A DNA stretch of 64,000 nt from Antedon mediterranea (taxonomy: Eukaryota > Animalia > Echinodermata). The stretch lies in the NCBI RefSeq assembly GCF_964355755.1, contig NC_092671.1, positions 32,560,304 to 32,624,303 on the forward strand, given 5' to 3'. The notes under the pieces are model-generated. The model did no database searches. It had not been told where the DNA came from and saw only the letters and a list, made by a program, of their open reading frames with translations. Position numbers and translations under genes: made by a program. This document shows, in pieces, positions 14,081 through 29,315 of the stretch. The number at the start of each line of letters is the position of its first letter. The stretch's first letter is position 1.

Positions 14081-15102
14081 ATTCATAGAAGCAGAATAAT
14101 AATAGGTATCTTTGAGAAACGTATACACAAAATAATATTGCTATAATTATATCCAGTCGTTCATATTTTTTCTGTATTAGCAGGATTTTAAATTAATGTA
14201 ATCAACGTGTCACGCGCACAATTAAGCTACATTCACAACCGTTTGGTTAAATTAGCCTACAGTTTTTTTTTCATAATTTTCTTTTCGATCCATTATTTGG
14301 TCAAAATAAAATTACAGACTGTAAACTTTCAACTGTGAGACGCTTGAAAACGAAAGGCCCTCATTTTTTAATTATGAGATTTACGTCGTATTTTTTGGCA
14401 TTAAGAAATGTTCTCATAACTAAATCATGTTTCTCCTTGAAATTTGCTGACAATTTAATGATATTGATTTTTAGCACGAAACATACACTTAATTATACCA
14501 TGCATTGGCGCTAATGAGATGTAATTGCTACTTCAAACGATAAGTAGCAGGAACAGACTTTTCAGCTTGGTTTGGTGACGTAAATTTAATTTCAATTATT
14601 TTAATACTGTAATAAGAAAAAGACCTAAGCGCTCAATATAGACTTGACATTTAATTTAAACTCCGACAAGAACATTGTTATCAGATTTAAAACTGACACA
14701 TGGAAATAACATTCCTCGATGAAATTTGACGGCTGATATGCTTTACTTTAACGAGGACATACTGAGGGGGAAAAGAAGTTGCGAAGTGTAGCAAATAATG
14801 TTATTTTACAGTGTCGAATGAAATTGCATCACATATAAATATATAGTACAGTATAATACATTCTATTAATTGACATCTTTCGAGACCAAAATAGTTTCCT
14901 TTTACTGTTTACTGATATACACAGCTGTCGAGTAAACATTCTGCACATGTTAAGCAGTATATTGGCATGCACAGAATTCCTCTTGACAAGTAACGGGTTT
15001 CCCATTGATAGAGATTTTTGCTTATACGTGTGTGTCTCCTTCATATAATTAAAAGATATTTTTATTCTCTTTTCAGAAAGTAGTATCCCATTAATGAATA
15101 CG

Positions 15103-15383
15103 TTTCACTTAAGCGAGACGTAACGCAATGATGTAGACGCAACGCAATGCTTGGTACCCACTAGAACGTAACGCAACGTACCAGATTTGACCAATCACAA
15201 GTGATGGATTATTAGAACTATCGCTTGTAATTGTTAAACTCGCTTGCGTTGTGACGTCCTTGCGTTGCGTTTTTAGTAGGAACCAATCACGAGTAACAGT
15301 TCAATAATTCATTGCGTGTGATTGGTAAAATCACTTAAAACGTTTTTGCGCTTTACGTCCTTCCATTGCGTCTCTAAATGTGG
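15103..15383. mobile_element. Palindromic MITE family: inner copy 15151-15286 nested in or rearranged with a second copy
   Basis: Inner ends TTGGTACCCACTAGAACG / CGTTTTTAGTAGGAACCAA, with AACGCAA/TTGCGTT arms and a CCAATCACAAG core. A related copy lies at 32443-32552. Confidence 0.65.
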
Positions 15384-16343
15384 TCCGATTTATGATGATT
15401 TCCCCTTAATAGGAATCTTTAGGTTAGCATGCCTAATGAAGAATTATTATTATATTTCGTTCCTTTGCTGTTGAGTTGTTCCTGTCAGCACTATTATTCT
15501 ATAAATAGATATATTTGTTTGATTTGGAAATACGGTATTTGATATAGAACACAGCAATACAGAATTTCAATTCAAATGAACTTTCTGGATTAATTTACCA
15601 TTCCAAATCATCGTTGACCACCTTCGTTTGGTAGTTTGCATGCAATATGAGTTGATTCCGCATGATCGATCTAGCATGTAACGTGATCTCAAGGGAAACG
15701 AATTGCATTCGACTTTTAATAGACCCTCTACTGAAATTGCAATATAAGTCTTTAAAAGGGTATTGAATATGAATTTAATCCAGCATTACGGGTCTAGCGA
15801 CCCATAATGTTTTTTTTTTCTTTATAATCCGATGATAGGATTCGTATGTTATATGTTAGTATTATCCAGTTACTAGTAATTATCGAATATTTGCGCTGGT
15901 TAACCGACACGGACGAGGTATGCATGTAATTCCCCGATGGTGAATCCGGGCAACAATATCCAAACAATGACAGATTCCAATTAAAATAGAGAATGTATTA
16001 TATTTATGATTGACAACCCATCCTGTAAAAAAACTCGCCAGATATGACGCTCCCGGGGGTGTCATAAGTCGCGGTGACCACGAACTACCATGAAATAATT
16101 GCGCAGTCATGCAATAATCTATTGTACGTCCAATCAGAAAGAAGTTTAAATTAATGTATTACTAGGATACTCTCACTGGCTTAGTCTTTGTAAATTATGA
16201 CTGATCCTTAAATACGATACTACATCACACGAACTTGCAGCTTTAATTAACCACGTCCGTTTCGAAAAACTCATAGGAAACGTTTAAGTTCAAAGAAGTT
16301 TAAAATACGTTTGAGTTAAACTTGGACACGCGCGCGTACAACA

Positions 16344-16431
16344 ATGCTATTAAGAGCAGGCAATTTTTTCTTTCCCGATTTTCGGATTTTAATAACACTT
16401 GGATATATATGGCTAATATTGATCAATGAAA
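16344..16431 (+). CDS. Probable first coding exon (signal peptide) of the Ly6/uPAR gene
   Basis: acaacaATG context in a CpG-enriched patch; encodes MLLRAGNFFFPDFRILITLGYIWLILINE. Ends phase 1 at a consensus GTAAGT donor, in frame with the phase-1 exon at 50060 (A|AC = Asn). Linkage over 33.6 kb is inferred. Confidence 0.6.
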
Positions 16432-19400
16432 GTAAGTGCCTCATGTTTTAAACATTGATAATTACTGTGGGGTTATAATATAATAGTATAAGGTTTAGTT
16501 AATTCGTGACGGCTCCTTCCTATATTGGCAATGTCAAGGGTAATTTAAATACGTGTAGATAAGAATTAAACGCTTCGGGCGGTACCACGCGTTGATCTCG
16601 CGACCAGAAATTGTACCGCAACAAAACTTGGAAAAGTAAATCATACGTGACACCCTAGACAAGCTGATAAATCACATCGCGTTGTCTATTTTGAAGTCCA
16701 GGTGTTTACTGAGTTTACAGTTTCTGTCATATATCGTACACCGCTTGCGCGCACAGCAACGATCGAACGTGCTGGCTTGCTCTTAAACTATACAGCATGA
16801 TTTTCTAATAAGAATGGCTAGATTTCGTTGCTTTTTCTTTCGACATTCTTTGATGATATTCATTATTTTATATATAACTCGATTCTGTGTATGTGTTGCA
16901 ACCTCATCTAACCACGTCATCAAGAAACGAGGTGAGTTTTCAGAAATAATATTATAAGTTATAGTTTCAGTCAAGCCATTGCCATATCGCGTTTCATTAT
17001 TAATTGCCACGGCTTTTTATGTTATTTATAGAGCGATTCGCTACATTCGCTCGCTAAACATAGTGATAGTACTGTAGAATGTATACATTTTTAACAGCTT
17101 ACAACAAGGTCAAAATCTTGGATATTTGTCGCCATGGGGTAGGGATTGCATGCTAATAAGAAACGAAAATTTTAATTAGCCTAGCATTATATCCAGCATG
17201 TAATAACCTACTTAGGTGATGGGCTCAACGCTCCTGCAACGGCAGATAGTTAAGTGAAAACTAAATACTATTATTACTAGCACATAATTTCAGAAAAAAA
17301 CTGTAGTAGGCTTATTAGCATAATAATGAGTAAGGATTCTAGGGAGAAATTGCATCGCTATAGCTAAACTCGAACCCGACATTTGACAGAAAAAAAACAT
17401 GACCTTGATGTAGTATTTCACAAAATTGACTTGTTCACTCTATATGGATGAAAATCGGTAATCTAGATTGACTTTCACTCTTTTCAGAAAAGTCAGACAG
17501 AGTGGATTTTCACTTGTACCTCAATATCCGATGATTTTGGAAAATGTGATGTGATTTACTTAATGTAAATAAGTTATGGTGAAAAGAATACCTTTGTATT
17601 TGTTATAAGTTGAATATTGTTCGATATTGTAGAAAATATTATCTCTTTAAGGTAATATGAACAACAACAATACAATGAAACTAATTTTCATATAAATTAA
17701 TTTTTTTTCCACAATGCAAATACATAATTCATAAATAATGTTACGGTCGAAATTAATCGTCTGATTAATTGCTTCAGTTGTAAATCATGTGTTGTACTTG
17801 TAACCCTATTTGTTCGTTCCAAATGTTTTAGAAATATGTTGCACATTAAGCCTACATACGTACACTATAGGAGTTCTATTATAGAACTTGTTCAAGCCGT
17901 ATTTAAACTATTAGGCCTTATTAAATGCTTAGAAATGTTTTTTCCATAAATTATTTCATTTCATTATTTATTCGGTTTATTTCAATTATTATACATGACC
18001 AACAAAAATTTGAAATCGGGGAGACCAGGTTCAACCTAAGTGAACTTAATCACTGTAGCTGAGCCGGTTGACCCAACCCAAAGTCAGTTTACACATAATA
18101 CAGTTAATGCGAATTAAAATGGAAGTGACCTTTTATAATGATTCTTTTGATTTGTTAAGCGTAAGAGTATTAAATAGATAGATAGATATAATTTATTTAT
18201 TTTTCCATGCAAGCCATTATTTGATATACAGTCATGCAAGTTAATATGTTAAATCGTGAAGTTTCCCTTTGTTTGATTTATAATTACAATATATTATTAT
18301 TACGAGTTAAAATTGGAATCATTCCCAAGTATGCCCTATTTTATCTAATAGTTGTTCCATGTTTTAAATTTTATTTTATGTAGAATGCAAATATTATATT
18401 TTGCACAATCATTTAAACAAGCGTATTCAGCAGAATCAGAAATTTCACTGCAATTATTCATCTAACCATATGGAATATTGGACGCTTACACAAAAAATAA
18501 AAATATATTACCTTACGGCCGGTTATCTTTCATATTATTGCGTTGGATTAAAACACACAAAAAATATGATCATTATAGATATTATAAATAGAAAAAAATG
18601 AAAAGAAATCTAAGAATCATAGAAATGAAAGTTGAAATAACGTAACTAACAAATATCATACTTATAAGTAACGGGATGTGGGAAAATAAAAAATTCGACC
18701 TTCATTCATTCATTCTATCATTTTACCCGAATCATATGACATACTTACGCCTATTAACAAAATGTTAAAAAGTATGAGTGAAAGACTGACTCTCATCTCA
18801 ATATTGTGCTATTTCACATGGATACAAATTACCTTCCAATCATAGACCACTTTTAAAATTGAAGTTTCGTCTCTCAAACGACGTAATGAAAGTTTTTCAA
18901 TAGTCTTACTTTGTGGGATTGGCATGGCCATTATTTGGATATTGACATGTACCATATTTCTATGGTTATGTAATATCAGCATACAAAACCAATAGTTGAT
19001 AGTCACCCATATTTGGTTTATTCACTGTTAATCAATTCAATCCAACATTTAATCATTTTTCTCAATAAAGCTTAGCTAGTAAATAGTCTAATCTAATCTT
19101 TACTAACGCTCAATATATGCATAATCTGCAAAAATCATTCATAGTCAATGTTGACAGTAAAATGTGCTTTCATATAGAATAGGTGGATATGTAAGATTGC
19201 TAAAGATAAATCCATTTTTAACCTTTTGCTTTCGGCTAAAACTTAAACAGAAGGGCTTCGATCTTTATTCATTAACCAGTAATCCGTCAATATCTTCCGG
19301 TAGTCTTTCTAAATTGTATCCTACATTTTTATTTTTATTTCGGGTTTATATATTATACTAATTTCATTGGACAATTTTTCACTAATTTTCACCAATTCGC

Positions 19401-19971
19401 GTCAGTTTTTTGGTTTAGATTAGATTATCTTTGACTTTGTTTTTGTATAGATCAAGGAGTAATTTATTCGACATCATTAACCCTTAGTTACCTAACAACG
19501 TATACTCATATTATAAACATTAATTACATTACTGGATTTCTCAGACAGCCATTTGTAAGACAGCACATCATCGTAACTTGGTGTGACTAGCCACTCATCA
19601 CGGTGACGAGTGTTCGTTGTTTTTCACTGCTTTCTGTTATTAATGTACTCGTATGGTGATCATTTCACAACATTAATCGACTGAAACTCAATTTTCATCA
19701 TTTCATTATAATATGTCTATCTGTACTTGTTTTTTTTTCCGCAACTGCCCGTCTAAAACGCGTTACTGGCATCAATAACGTAGTATGAATTTTATTTATC
19801 AAGTATTAAATAGGATAACATATCAAGTAGTTTCTAAAAAGCTTAAACTGTTGCCCGATGGCCCATGAAAGTTAATAAAATCCTAAATAATAACACAATT
19901 CGTAGTTAAAACCCTGCCAATGAGTTTTACCTTAGAATAACAAATCAGAAGCAATGATTAAATCACAAGCC

Positions 19972-20168
19972 CAGTGGCGTAACACAGAGGCATGAAACCC
20001 CTGGCTGTGGAACCCCAAGTGGCCCTCCAATGCTGGAGGCCTCGGGTGTTTTTAGCGATTTTCTTTTATTTTTAATGCCTGTTTTTCATCTAGACACTGC
20101 TCAAGGCCCCCGTAAGATCCGGGACCTCTGGGTTTAGCCAGTGAGCGTCCATAGCCGTTACGCCACTG
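19972..20168. mobile_element. hAT-type MITE (197 bp)
   Basis: 12-bp TIR CAGTGGCGTAAC/GTTACGCCACTG with a perfect 8-bp TSD CACAAGCC (19964-19971 and 20169-20176). Confidence 0.92.
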
Positions 20169-21512
20169 CACAAGCCTCTAGTTCGAAAGTACATTTTCCA
20201 TAGTTGTATTAGACTATAAACAGTGACATAACAGTATATTCAGATTTTTTTCTTTAAAATCACTGGCTGCGTTTCATTATCACAACTGATCTTTGATGAT
20301 CGAGAGAAACTAAATATTTGATTAGATCTGGCTCCAGCTTTCGCTTTTTTGTTTGTTTATCTGGCTTTAGGAAAGTATACTATAGTTAGTATTTCCATTG
20401 AAGTATCATTATAATATATGATAATACTTTTTTGACAACTTTTCCACTTTCGCTGATTTATGTGAAATATCTTGTATGCCTCTTTTGTGAAAATTTGTGT
20501 TTATAAGTGCAATTAAAAACTAAAACTTATTCAATTATCAAAAGACGGTAAAATTCAACCAGATACCTGGTTGGCAGCTAATTTGACAATGTTTTTTTAT
20601 AATATTGAACTAAACAAATTAAATTTTAACAAATTGTTTTTCAGGACGACAATATATATTTAATAAGACAACAAATCTATGAATGACAAATATAGAAAAT
20701 CTAAGTAGGCCTAATTGTAGCGATAAACTTTACATTTAAATCATGTTGATAATTTAGTACGACTGTACTATGCTGAAAGCTACGGAATATATTCACTTAC
20801 ATTCCTATTAAACTTATAGCATTGGCAGTTATTCTGAGTGACTTCATCAAACCCGAACAGAAATAAATAAGTTAACAAAATTCTCAGTAAGTAATTGTAC
20901 TATTCCTAGAACACAGATTGACTCACTAGAATTTCCATATCATGTATATCACTCATTGATTCTTAGTCGTAAATGTACTCAAGCTACTTAAACCCACGTC
21001 TAATTTCATATTCCATTCAATGATTAGTTGCTTCTACACTTTATTTATTAATATTTATTGGCAACAGTATTTGCACTTAAAAGCAAATGATTTAGTTAGT
21101 CTTCAAAAACTTTTTTATACAGGATTACATAATCAGGTAAAAGTATGCCTGTTTTTTGGTGATATACGAATATTGAAAAAAGTTTTAGTTTTATGGGAAG
21201 AATTGAGGTCTAGTATATCTAACTCTTCTCTTTATCTGTATACTGTACCGTAAGTCGTGTGTGTGTGTGATTATTTTAAGTAGTCTTATGTTTCTTCAAC
21301 TACTTTCTACTGAACTTACACAAACAAAAAAATAAAATAAAACACATTACTGAGATTGTATACTTTAACAGTGGAAAGAGATTAGTGAAGCTAAGATTCT
21401 TGAAAATTCAAATTATCGAAACGTCGATTCTCAATAAGTGTTCTTTCTCTTTATTTGGAATTACCTTTATTTTACTTAGAAAAAATCTAGTAAGTGAATT
21501 GAATTGTGTTAA

Positions 21513-22035
21513 ACATGTATTGCCCTGGAAACACAAAAAGTGAAGGTCAAAATATTCTAAATTTGAATTGGCCATATTAAATTAATATTAAAGTTATTCA
21601 CTTTAAGTCGAAAATTCGAGCCAAAAACAACACATTTACGTAATTAACAGGTAAATTAATTTGATTAAATTTCGTCTGGAAAATCGTTGCGAGCGAAAGT
21701 AAACAAAGATTTCAAACCACAAGTATGCATTATGCATGATGCTAATTAGGATTGTTTACAACTCGTCACGGTTAAGAAGGTGTTTTCACACAGATCACGA
21801 GGAAGTTTTATGATTATACATACAAAACAATCGCGTTGCATTATGAGATATGTTTTGATCTAAAAAAACTTTTAATGGAAGTCAAAGTTATTTTTTGAAA
21901 AGAAAAACGTCTGTATTTCAGTTAAATGATTTGTTTTTAAATAATTATTGGTGAAGGTTAATAAATATTATGATATTTTTTCGAAATATTTTTTTTAAAT
22001 ATTTATTTTGAATTATTCAAAAGGACAATACATCA
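21513..22035. mobile_element. Kolobok-like non-autonomous element, more decayed copy
   Basis: Colinear with 49284-49820 over ~520 bp; ends ttaa|ACATGTATTGCC ... GGACAATACATCA|ttac. Confidence 0.85.
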
Positions 22036-24083
22036 TTACCGTATTCTTTAACATAAATAATGATTTTTAGATAATAGGCCTATAAATGGTTGGCCATATG
22101 GGCATAATTGGTTTCATATCACAATTATTATATGAATTGATATAATAATACCTGGTATATAGTTATCATTGTTACATCTTTATAGAATTCTAAATAACGA
22201 CAAATGATCAAGATCTCTATATTTGTATTTTAAATTTATTTATTTCACAATAATTTATTTACTTGGTTCGGTTTCAATACAACTTGAAAATCAAATTTAG
22301 TGGCAATGTTCGAGTACTTTCAGCGTATAGCCAAAATACTCTCTAAATTTCCAACTAGCCGTTTGGCTCTTACCTATAGCGTATCGGTTTCCTCCGCACA
22401 TGTCATACACACGGGGCCTCTCAAAGGCCCAAGAGGAACCACCACGTGGCCCGTATTGATTGGGTGATTCTACATATTTACATTAATATAATTAATTTTT
22501 TTGGGACGTTGTGCAAAATGTGTTATGCATGGTTTATGGTGGAAGTTAATGAAATGAAATTAAATGTCGAACGGGTAGCACCATTCACTTCTTGAATGTG
22601 CCGAATGTACACTCTATACACTTTGCAATTTTGACACGTGTGTGCCGTTGGTATTATGCAGTGTATGCGAATTTTTAGCATCGTGGCACGAATCAAAATA
22701 CACAGCATCTATATAAACAGGTCATCGCACGAACTACTGTCAGAAGAAAATTCTTAATGTAGTTAGATTGATTACACGCTGAAATTAAAGAACATTTTAC
22801 AAATTAAGATTCTTCCTGTTACTAACGGATCAAACATACCGGGCGTTCACCTTTAATTGCTACAGCCAATCTGTATAATATTCCGGAACTGAATTATTAC
22901 ATAATTATAATAAGATTAATAATGACATTTTTTAATTAGAAAATGTAAAAATACTTTTTTCAGCCGCCATGTTCTTGTATTTCTTTGGCTTATAGCTATT
23001 GTTTTAACTCATTTTCACAATATAGGCACACATTACAAATATATCGTCTGCACTATCTTTTTTTTTTTCTTTTTTTTTTAAATCATTGCTAATGATATCG
23101 TTTGAAAACGGTCGCTGAACCATGACCATTATTTAAGTACCCGGGGTTTTGTTTTTATCAGGAAAGAAAATGTAATTTTACTCTTCCCTGGTTTGTATCG
23201 TAGCAAATTGAATCAGTGTATCAATTGGAAACACCTATAGGCCTGTATTATGTATAAGGAATATTTCTATATCACACACGTAATATAATTTGATATTCTA
23301 GGACATTTTACTGGTCTATACGGACACTCTGTGGCTCTTAAACAGAGACGGGGAAAAGTCAACATAATAATCATCAACTGAGGACTTATCATAACACGAT
23401 ATATAAGCATGTTGGCGCCTAATTGACCAATGTATTCGTAAAGCTATGAGTTTACAATATCGGTGTGAAAGCTATGAATACGTAAGTGTTAATCTAAACA
23501 CTTTGTATTGGAATGATATTTTTACGTGATATTTCTAGAGGTATATTGTTTAATTATAGAAATGTCGTTTATAATATTTCCATTAATCGGCTATTAAATT
23601 ACGTCACTTTGTCACTATAACGTATTATCGAATGCTTTTACTAATAATAATATTATTATTGCATTTTATCGACGGAAGAGGAAGCATCGGATGCATACTG
23701 TAATGATTTGACCTCTTCGCTTTTACAGTTGAAAGTAAAACTTCTACATTTCGTGTCTTTCAAATTTAAGAATGAATAATTACTATATAATGTATTACTC
23801 GATAGGGGAAATATAAGGGAGGGTCGTCAATGCATGCGGTCATCAAAATACCCTTTATATCATGTAGTTGGCGTTCTTCTTTTTAAGGTTTTATTTTTAT
23901 AGGTCAAATAGTTTAATATTTTCAAACAATTTATGTCACCATTATTATTATATCTTAATTTATTTGCAAAATCGACAAGACTATACTAGGTCATCACAAC
24001 ATTACTAAGTCACTGACGACGTATAATAGGCCTACTATCCACAGTTAATTCTAAACAGTTGATTTCCATTACGATAATTTGGC

Positions 24084-24213
24084 GTCCTTTATCATACTTC
24101 CAGTGAGGTCCTTTATCATACTTCCAGTGAGGTCCTTTATCGTACTTCCAGTAAGGTCCTTTAACATACATCCAGTGAGGTCCTTTAACATATTCCAGTG
24201 AGGTCCTTATCAT
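24084..24213. repeat. 24-bp minisatellite (GTCCTTTATCATACTTCCAGTGAG) x~5.4
   Basis: Adjacent near-identical units with no spacers. Confidence 0.92.
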
Positions 24214-27124
24214 CGGTTTCGACCTTTTACATGTTTTTTCTATGCCTAATGCCTCTGCCAAGATAATTTATGAAACTAGCCTCGTAACAAGCACAGACCA
24301 GACCCTATGTGGGCCCTATGTTTAAAAGTAATGTTACATTTACATACATAATAAAAAAAATGAATTTATAACGATGCGCACTGTATTTAGAACCGTAATA
24401 TTGAGATTAACCAAATACCAACACCTTCACTGTACAGAGTCGTAATTTATAAACGAAGATTGAGAAGAAGAAACATAGAAGAAACTGAGTCTCAAACGAA
24501 GAAGTCACATTGTTAAACAAGAATATTTCTTACAAAAAACGCTGCTCGCTTATTGTTATTGCTAAGGTCAAGTCTGGGGGTCACTTCATCACGCCTAGAT
24601 ACTTCAAGTATCCTATTACAAACAAAAACTTCAATGGACTGTTTTGATAATAATTCAATGATTATCTGACAGCGAATTATATCATGGGACTCATAAATAC
24701 CAGAATGCTTTGGGATTTGTCGTTAGACTCTTTTCTCAGCCGTTTTTGGATTCAACAGGTGGTACCAATAAATTATAGTGGAGTTTCCATTTTAACAAAA
24801 ATGTCAAAGTGTAGTACTATAAAGCTGCTTGATTTCATCTAATGAATGAGTCATCTCGTGTGACGTAGCGGGCTAGAGCAGCAGCGTGAAAAAATGTAAA
24901 CATTTAGATGTAACATATTACATTATTGAGAACTGTATCCCTAATGACGCAAATATGATACTGTAAGAATAAGTTGAAATCAAATTTAACCCCACTGGGA
25001 TTGATGTGTTGCGCGATGTGTATCCTTCAACCCTGCGATCCCACTTACCCTAATTGGCTGGGCTTAGACATGCGCACATCGGTAAATTGAAACATAATCA
25101 CATCCAAAATAAACAACATTATAAGATTGAGTTTGGGTTACTTTTCAAATAGTATGTGTAGCCTCTTGAGAGCACGAAGCATTCACCCTTGAATTCCCGT
25201 AATGCTATTTGAACATGCGTTCAGTTAATATTTATTTAGTCACTTCTTAAGTAAACTAGTCGTATTTACTTTAACAGCTGACGTTTTATTTCTGTCATCG
25301 AATGCCTCTCATTCAAAGTATATAAATCCATAGTAGAAGAAAAAGTTTCGAAAAGTATAAGAATAAGATATGACGTAGGTTAAGGCGCCTCCCTTCGAGA
25401 CAGAAGATTCCGCCTCTGAAAAGCAAAACAACATTTTCCTAAATTCTGCTACAGTTTAAAAACGCAGGGCCACAAGGTATGGAAAGCATAGAAAACCCGT
25501 CAACCAAGAAGAGTAGATTTTCAAGACTTTAGTTACCATTTCCTACGATGTGCACCTTCAGTACTTAGCATACGTCCATTATAAAACCCTTGGTTCGATA
25601 GCAGATAGACTTTTCGTCATGCTTTTTATGTTTTTGGGCATAACAACAAATGTCTATACGTATAGCTAATCATGTGAAAATAAAGATACATTGAATGTTA
25701 CTGTTATTTATAAAATAAAATTGATGAAGTTTCAAGGTGCAAATAAAAAAATTGTGTTCAAATGTTACAATTCAATAACCGTCAGTCTATCACAATCAGA
25801 TAACATTTTACAATAACGCAATTTACACACCAATTACAGATAAGCATAGGTATATTGATAAAATAATAATTGTTTATAACAAAAAATCAAGATAAAAATA
25901 AAAAAAAAATAATTACCTTTATTGTTTTTATAAAGATTATTATGAATATTATCTGAAATCTAATGCTTTTTAATAAAATAATAATAAACAGACATTTATC
26001 TGACTTAGCTACAAATCCATAAACCATAGTCACACATTTTATTGTAAAAGGATTTGAAATAAAATAGTTATCTTCGATATTTCATATTTAAAAGATTACA
26101 TAGTTCATTACGTGTATGCATATCTTCAGTAAACGTTTTATATTGTCCATTTTAGGAGAATTACAGATGTTCCATCATCAATGTAGAAAGAAATTAGAAT
26201 GCTAAAAGTGATTGGATAACATGACCTGTTCAGAATACTATAGTAAAGGTGTTCATAAATAACGTTCTAGTATAGATCGAAGAAAAACATTATCATTTTG
26301 TACATACCAGATACAGATCTAATTACTAAAGGACAATGAAGTTAAGTTAAGTTAAAAAACTACTTTTATTTTCAGAAACAATTAACAAAATGGAAACTAT
26401 GAGGTTAAAATATATTTCTCTTGTCTTGTCTGACCTCCTTTACCATATTATTGGTTTTAAATTGAAGTTGTAAATTTTAAAAGAAAAATGTAATTTTAGA
26501 TAAACATTCAAGTTCGTAAAATAAAGGAGGTGAATGTGTTTTGAAATTATAGAAAAATTGATAAATATAGCAATAATTGTTTTATGGTTAAAATACTACA
26601 AGATTATGATTATGAATGAATGTACTGAGAATATAAAATAACAATTACAATATTTATAAAAACATGAAAATTAAACATAAATGTATAGAAACATTGCGGT
26701 AATGGTTTAGATTTTATGGAATTCTAGTTAGTGAAACTGTAATGTTGAGCTTTAAGTTGCAACATTGCAACTAAATTCAATTCTCGTGGAACTAGTTAGG
26801 TTAGGTTACGTCGTATGCTGTGTTTTCCGCGAGTTGCAATAACATAAACCTTTTGCCACGACATAGGAAGGTACTATTCGCATGTTTTAATTATGTCATG
26901 CTAATGTATAGGTTGGCTTTAAACGAATAAAACAATATAAAATAAACTTCATTGAATTTGGTATCGTCTGACCAAGTTTGGTCGATTCTTGGTAAGCCAC
27001 CTTGGATTCTGTTATCACAGACATTTGAACCTTTTTGAACTTACGATTTTTACAAAAATTATAAGTTATAGAACTGGACATGTAAAAAATTAATGAAGTA
27101 ATTTATGTATCATTTTACACAATT

Positions 27125-27173
27125 AGTGTCAAAAGTCCTAGTGTCAAAAGTCCTAGTGTCCTAGTGTCAAAAA
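27125..27173. repeat. Short tandem repeat AGTGTCAAAAGTCCT x~3
   Basis: Seen directly. Confidence 0.8.
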
Positions 27174-28821
27174 TCAAAGGCTCCCTATTATTTCACAAAC
27201 TGAGTCACGACCTTTATGGATACAGAAATAGGTTAAATAGTTTTTGCAATTAGGCTATTAAAGTATGGCGATGTAGTATTACGTGTTGTTCTTAGCGAAA
27301 TTAATCTCGTAGGCAAGGAATGTAGTGAATTTAATTGCAGAGCAAACCTGCCCTGTTTTAATTTAATTAGTAATCGATAGATTAACGTGATATAGCTTAG
27401 TATTGTAAATTTTGCATTTTGTTTAATGCATGACTATCAACTTGAACTAATCTTATAATAAATAGATGACCAATACCATTATTTAATGTATTTATTTATT
27501 TATTTATTCGGTATATAAAAATATATTACAAAACGACAGTCAAGGACTGAAATGAAATGTATTACAAATGACTAAAAATGGATGGAGTGGAGTAAGTTCT
27601 TATGATTTCTCAAAAATCATATATCTTTTGCGCGATAACATTACAGGTTATTATCTAGCGTAATCCTTCCTGATTGTCATGATTATTTTGTATGTTTAAG
27701 ACACCAATGCAACCTGTGCGAGGGTTTCTGAAAATGCGGCCCTAACCCTAACTACCCATTTAATCAACATACATTTGGAAATTGTATTAAATGACATACT
27801 AAACAAAATTTGCACATAACGATATTAAGTAGTCTGTCAAAAATTAATTCAATTCGATTTTTATGAACACACCTAGGTCTACCCTTTTCCTTTCAGATGT
27901 TCAAGAATAGTTATTTCCAATGCAAGCCTTCGTGAACATTAGCGTATTTTTGGTTCTATTCCACTAACCAAAACATCTTTTAGGGAAGCGTTTATGATTG
28001 CCAAGCATTTTTGTTTGTCTGGTTGTTGTGTTTGTTGTTTATGCATAATGTTTTACTTTATAATCAAAATCAATCATAATGTCACTACGATGTATGTAGT
28101 AAAATAAAATGTAGGCCTAAATGTTTCATACAAGCATCGCATGAATATTACGCACGCCACACATGACAATACTCTCTCATTTCTTTCTTAAATTTTTTTA
28201 GAAAATCGATGTGTTGCTTAACTATTGTAGTTTGTTTATTTTTCAGAAGATACATGTCTCTTAGGTGACGAATTATTGTTTACTCCCAGAAATCAATAAT
28301 TAATTAATTGTGCTTCGGATTCATAATCATGTCTATTATTAATTTAGATGAATACAAACACATGACGAAATAGCAAAGCCGTTTCAGTTATTAAAAACAA
28401 TAACGATAAAACCCAAGCAAATTCTGTTGACCTACATTATGACCTTCGCTTTGCCTACCCTCATTTATATTCACTTTTTGATGGTTGGTTAAGTATTCAT
28501 AATTAATCTTGGGCTATTAATTTCGCTAGTTACAGCTAGTCAGTTATTGGAAATACCTAAACAATGACGAATCTATTTTCTTGTCGTCTGTTTGGCGCTT
28601 TTTAGAATAGATGTCTAGGATTGATTTCACTAAATGTGCTAAGTCAACTTTAAACATAATATGTAATTGTTAAATACTCGTATAGTAATTCAATTTAACA
28701 TTAACTGTATATCAGGTACGTTTTACAATGCAAACAAAAGCCTAACATTGAGCTTTCGTTTCGGTACTACATACGCATGATACGTATGCGTAAGATCAGC
28801 TTACTTCGTTCTATTATCGGG

Positions 28822-29100
28822 TCACCATCTGCCAAGGAGGTTATAATTCTGTCTGCGGAATATATTTCTTTGTTTGTTTGTTTGAATGTTTGTCTGTTGG
28901 CAAGATCTCGTGTAAACTATAAAAAAAATGTAAACCACAAATGCAATCCGGACCAGAATCCCAAATCCTGGACCACTATTTAAATATTTCATAAATTTAG
29001 ACGGATCTTTATCAAACCACTACATATGATAATAATTTTGCGGTAAGCATGCTAGTAAAGCGTGGTATCTACTTTTTATTGGAGATGTGTTCTATCTATC
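28822..29100 (+). mobile_element. Degenerate Helentron/HINE-like interspersed repeat
   Basis: 5' ACCATCTGCCAAGGAGGTTAT, followed by a (TGTT/TGTC)n microsatellite, ATCCGGA repeats and a TTGGAGATGTG..TCT end. Architecture recognised from memory. Confidence 0.45.
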
Positions 29101-29223
29101 GACCAGATTGATGTGATAAAATGCAAATAATTTTCATAGTAGGCCTATTTTAATGAGAACATTTTGATGAACTTATGTAGTTTATTACTTTAAACAATAA
29201 TAATAAAATATATTACCCAATAT

Positions 29224-29315
29224 TTAGTACTCGACTCAATAAAATATAGGCATACATTCACGTCTGCATGACAGTGAATATATGTATGCCTATATTTTAT
29301 TGAATCGAGAACTAA
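29224..29315. mobile_element. ~90-bp hairpin (minimal MITE)
   Basis: TTAGTACTCGACTCAATAAAATATAGGCATACA ... TGTATGCCTATATTTTATTGAATCGAGAACTAA (33-bp arms, 2 mismatches). Confidence 0.8.

Noticed and set aside
24010-24261. KGPHWKYD repeat protein or CRISPR array
   Set aside because: Contiguous 24-bp minisatellite with no unique spacers, no cas genes and a eukaryotic context; no convincing splice signals.
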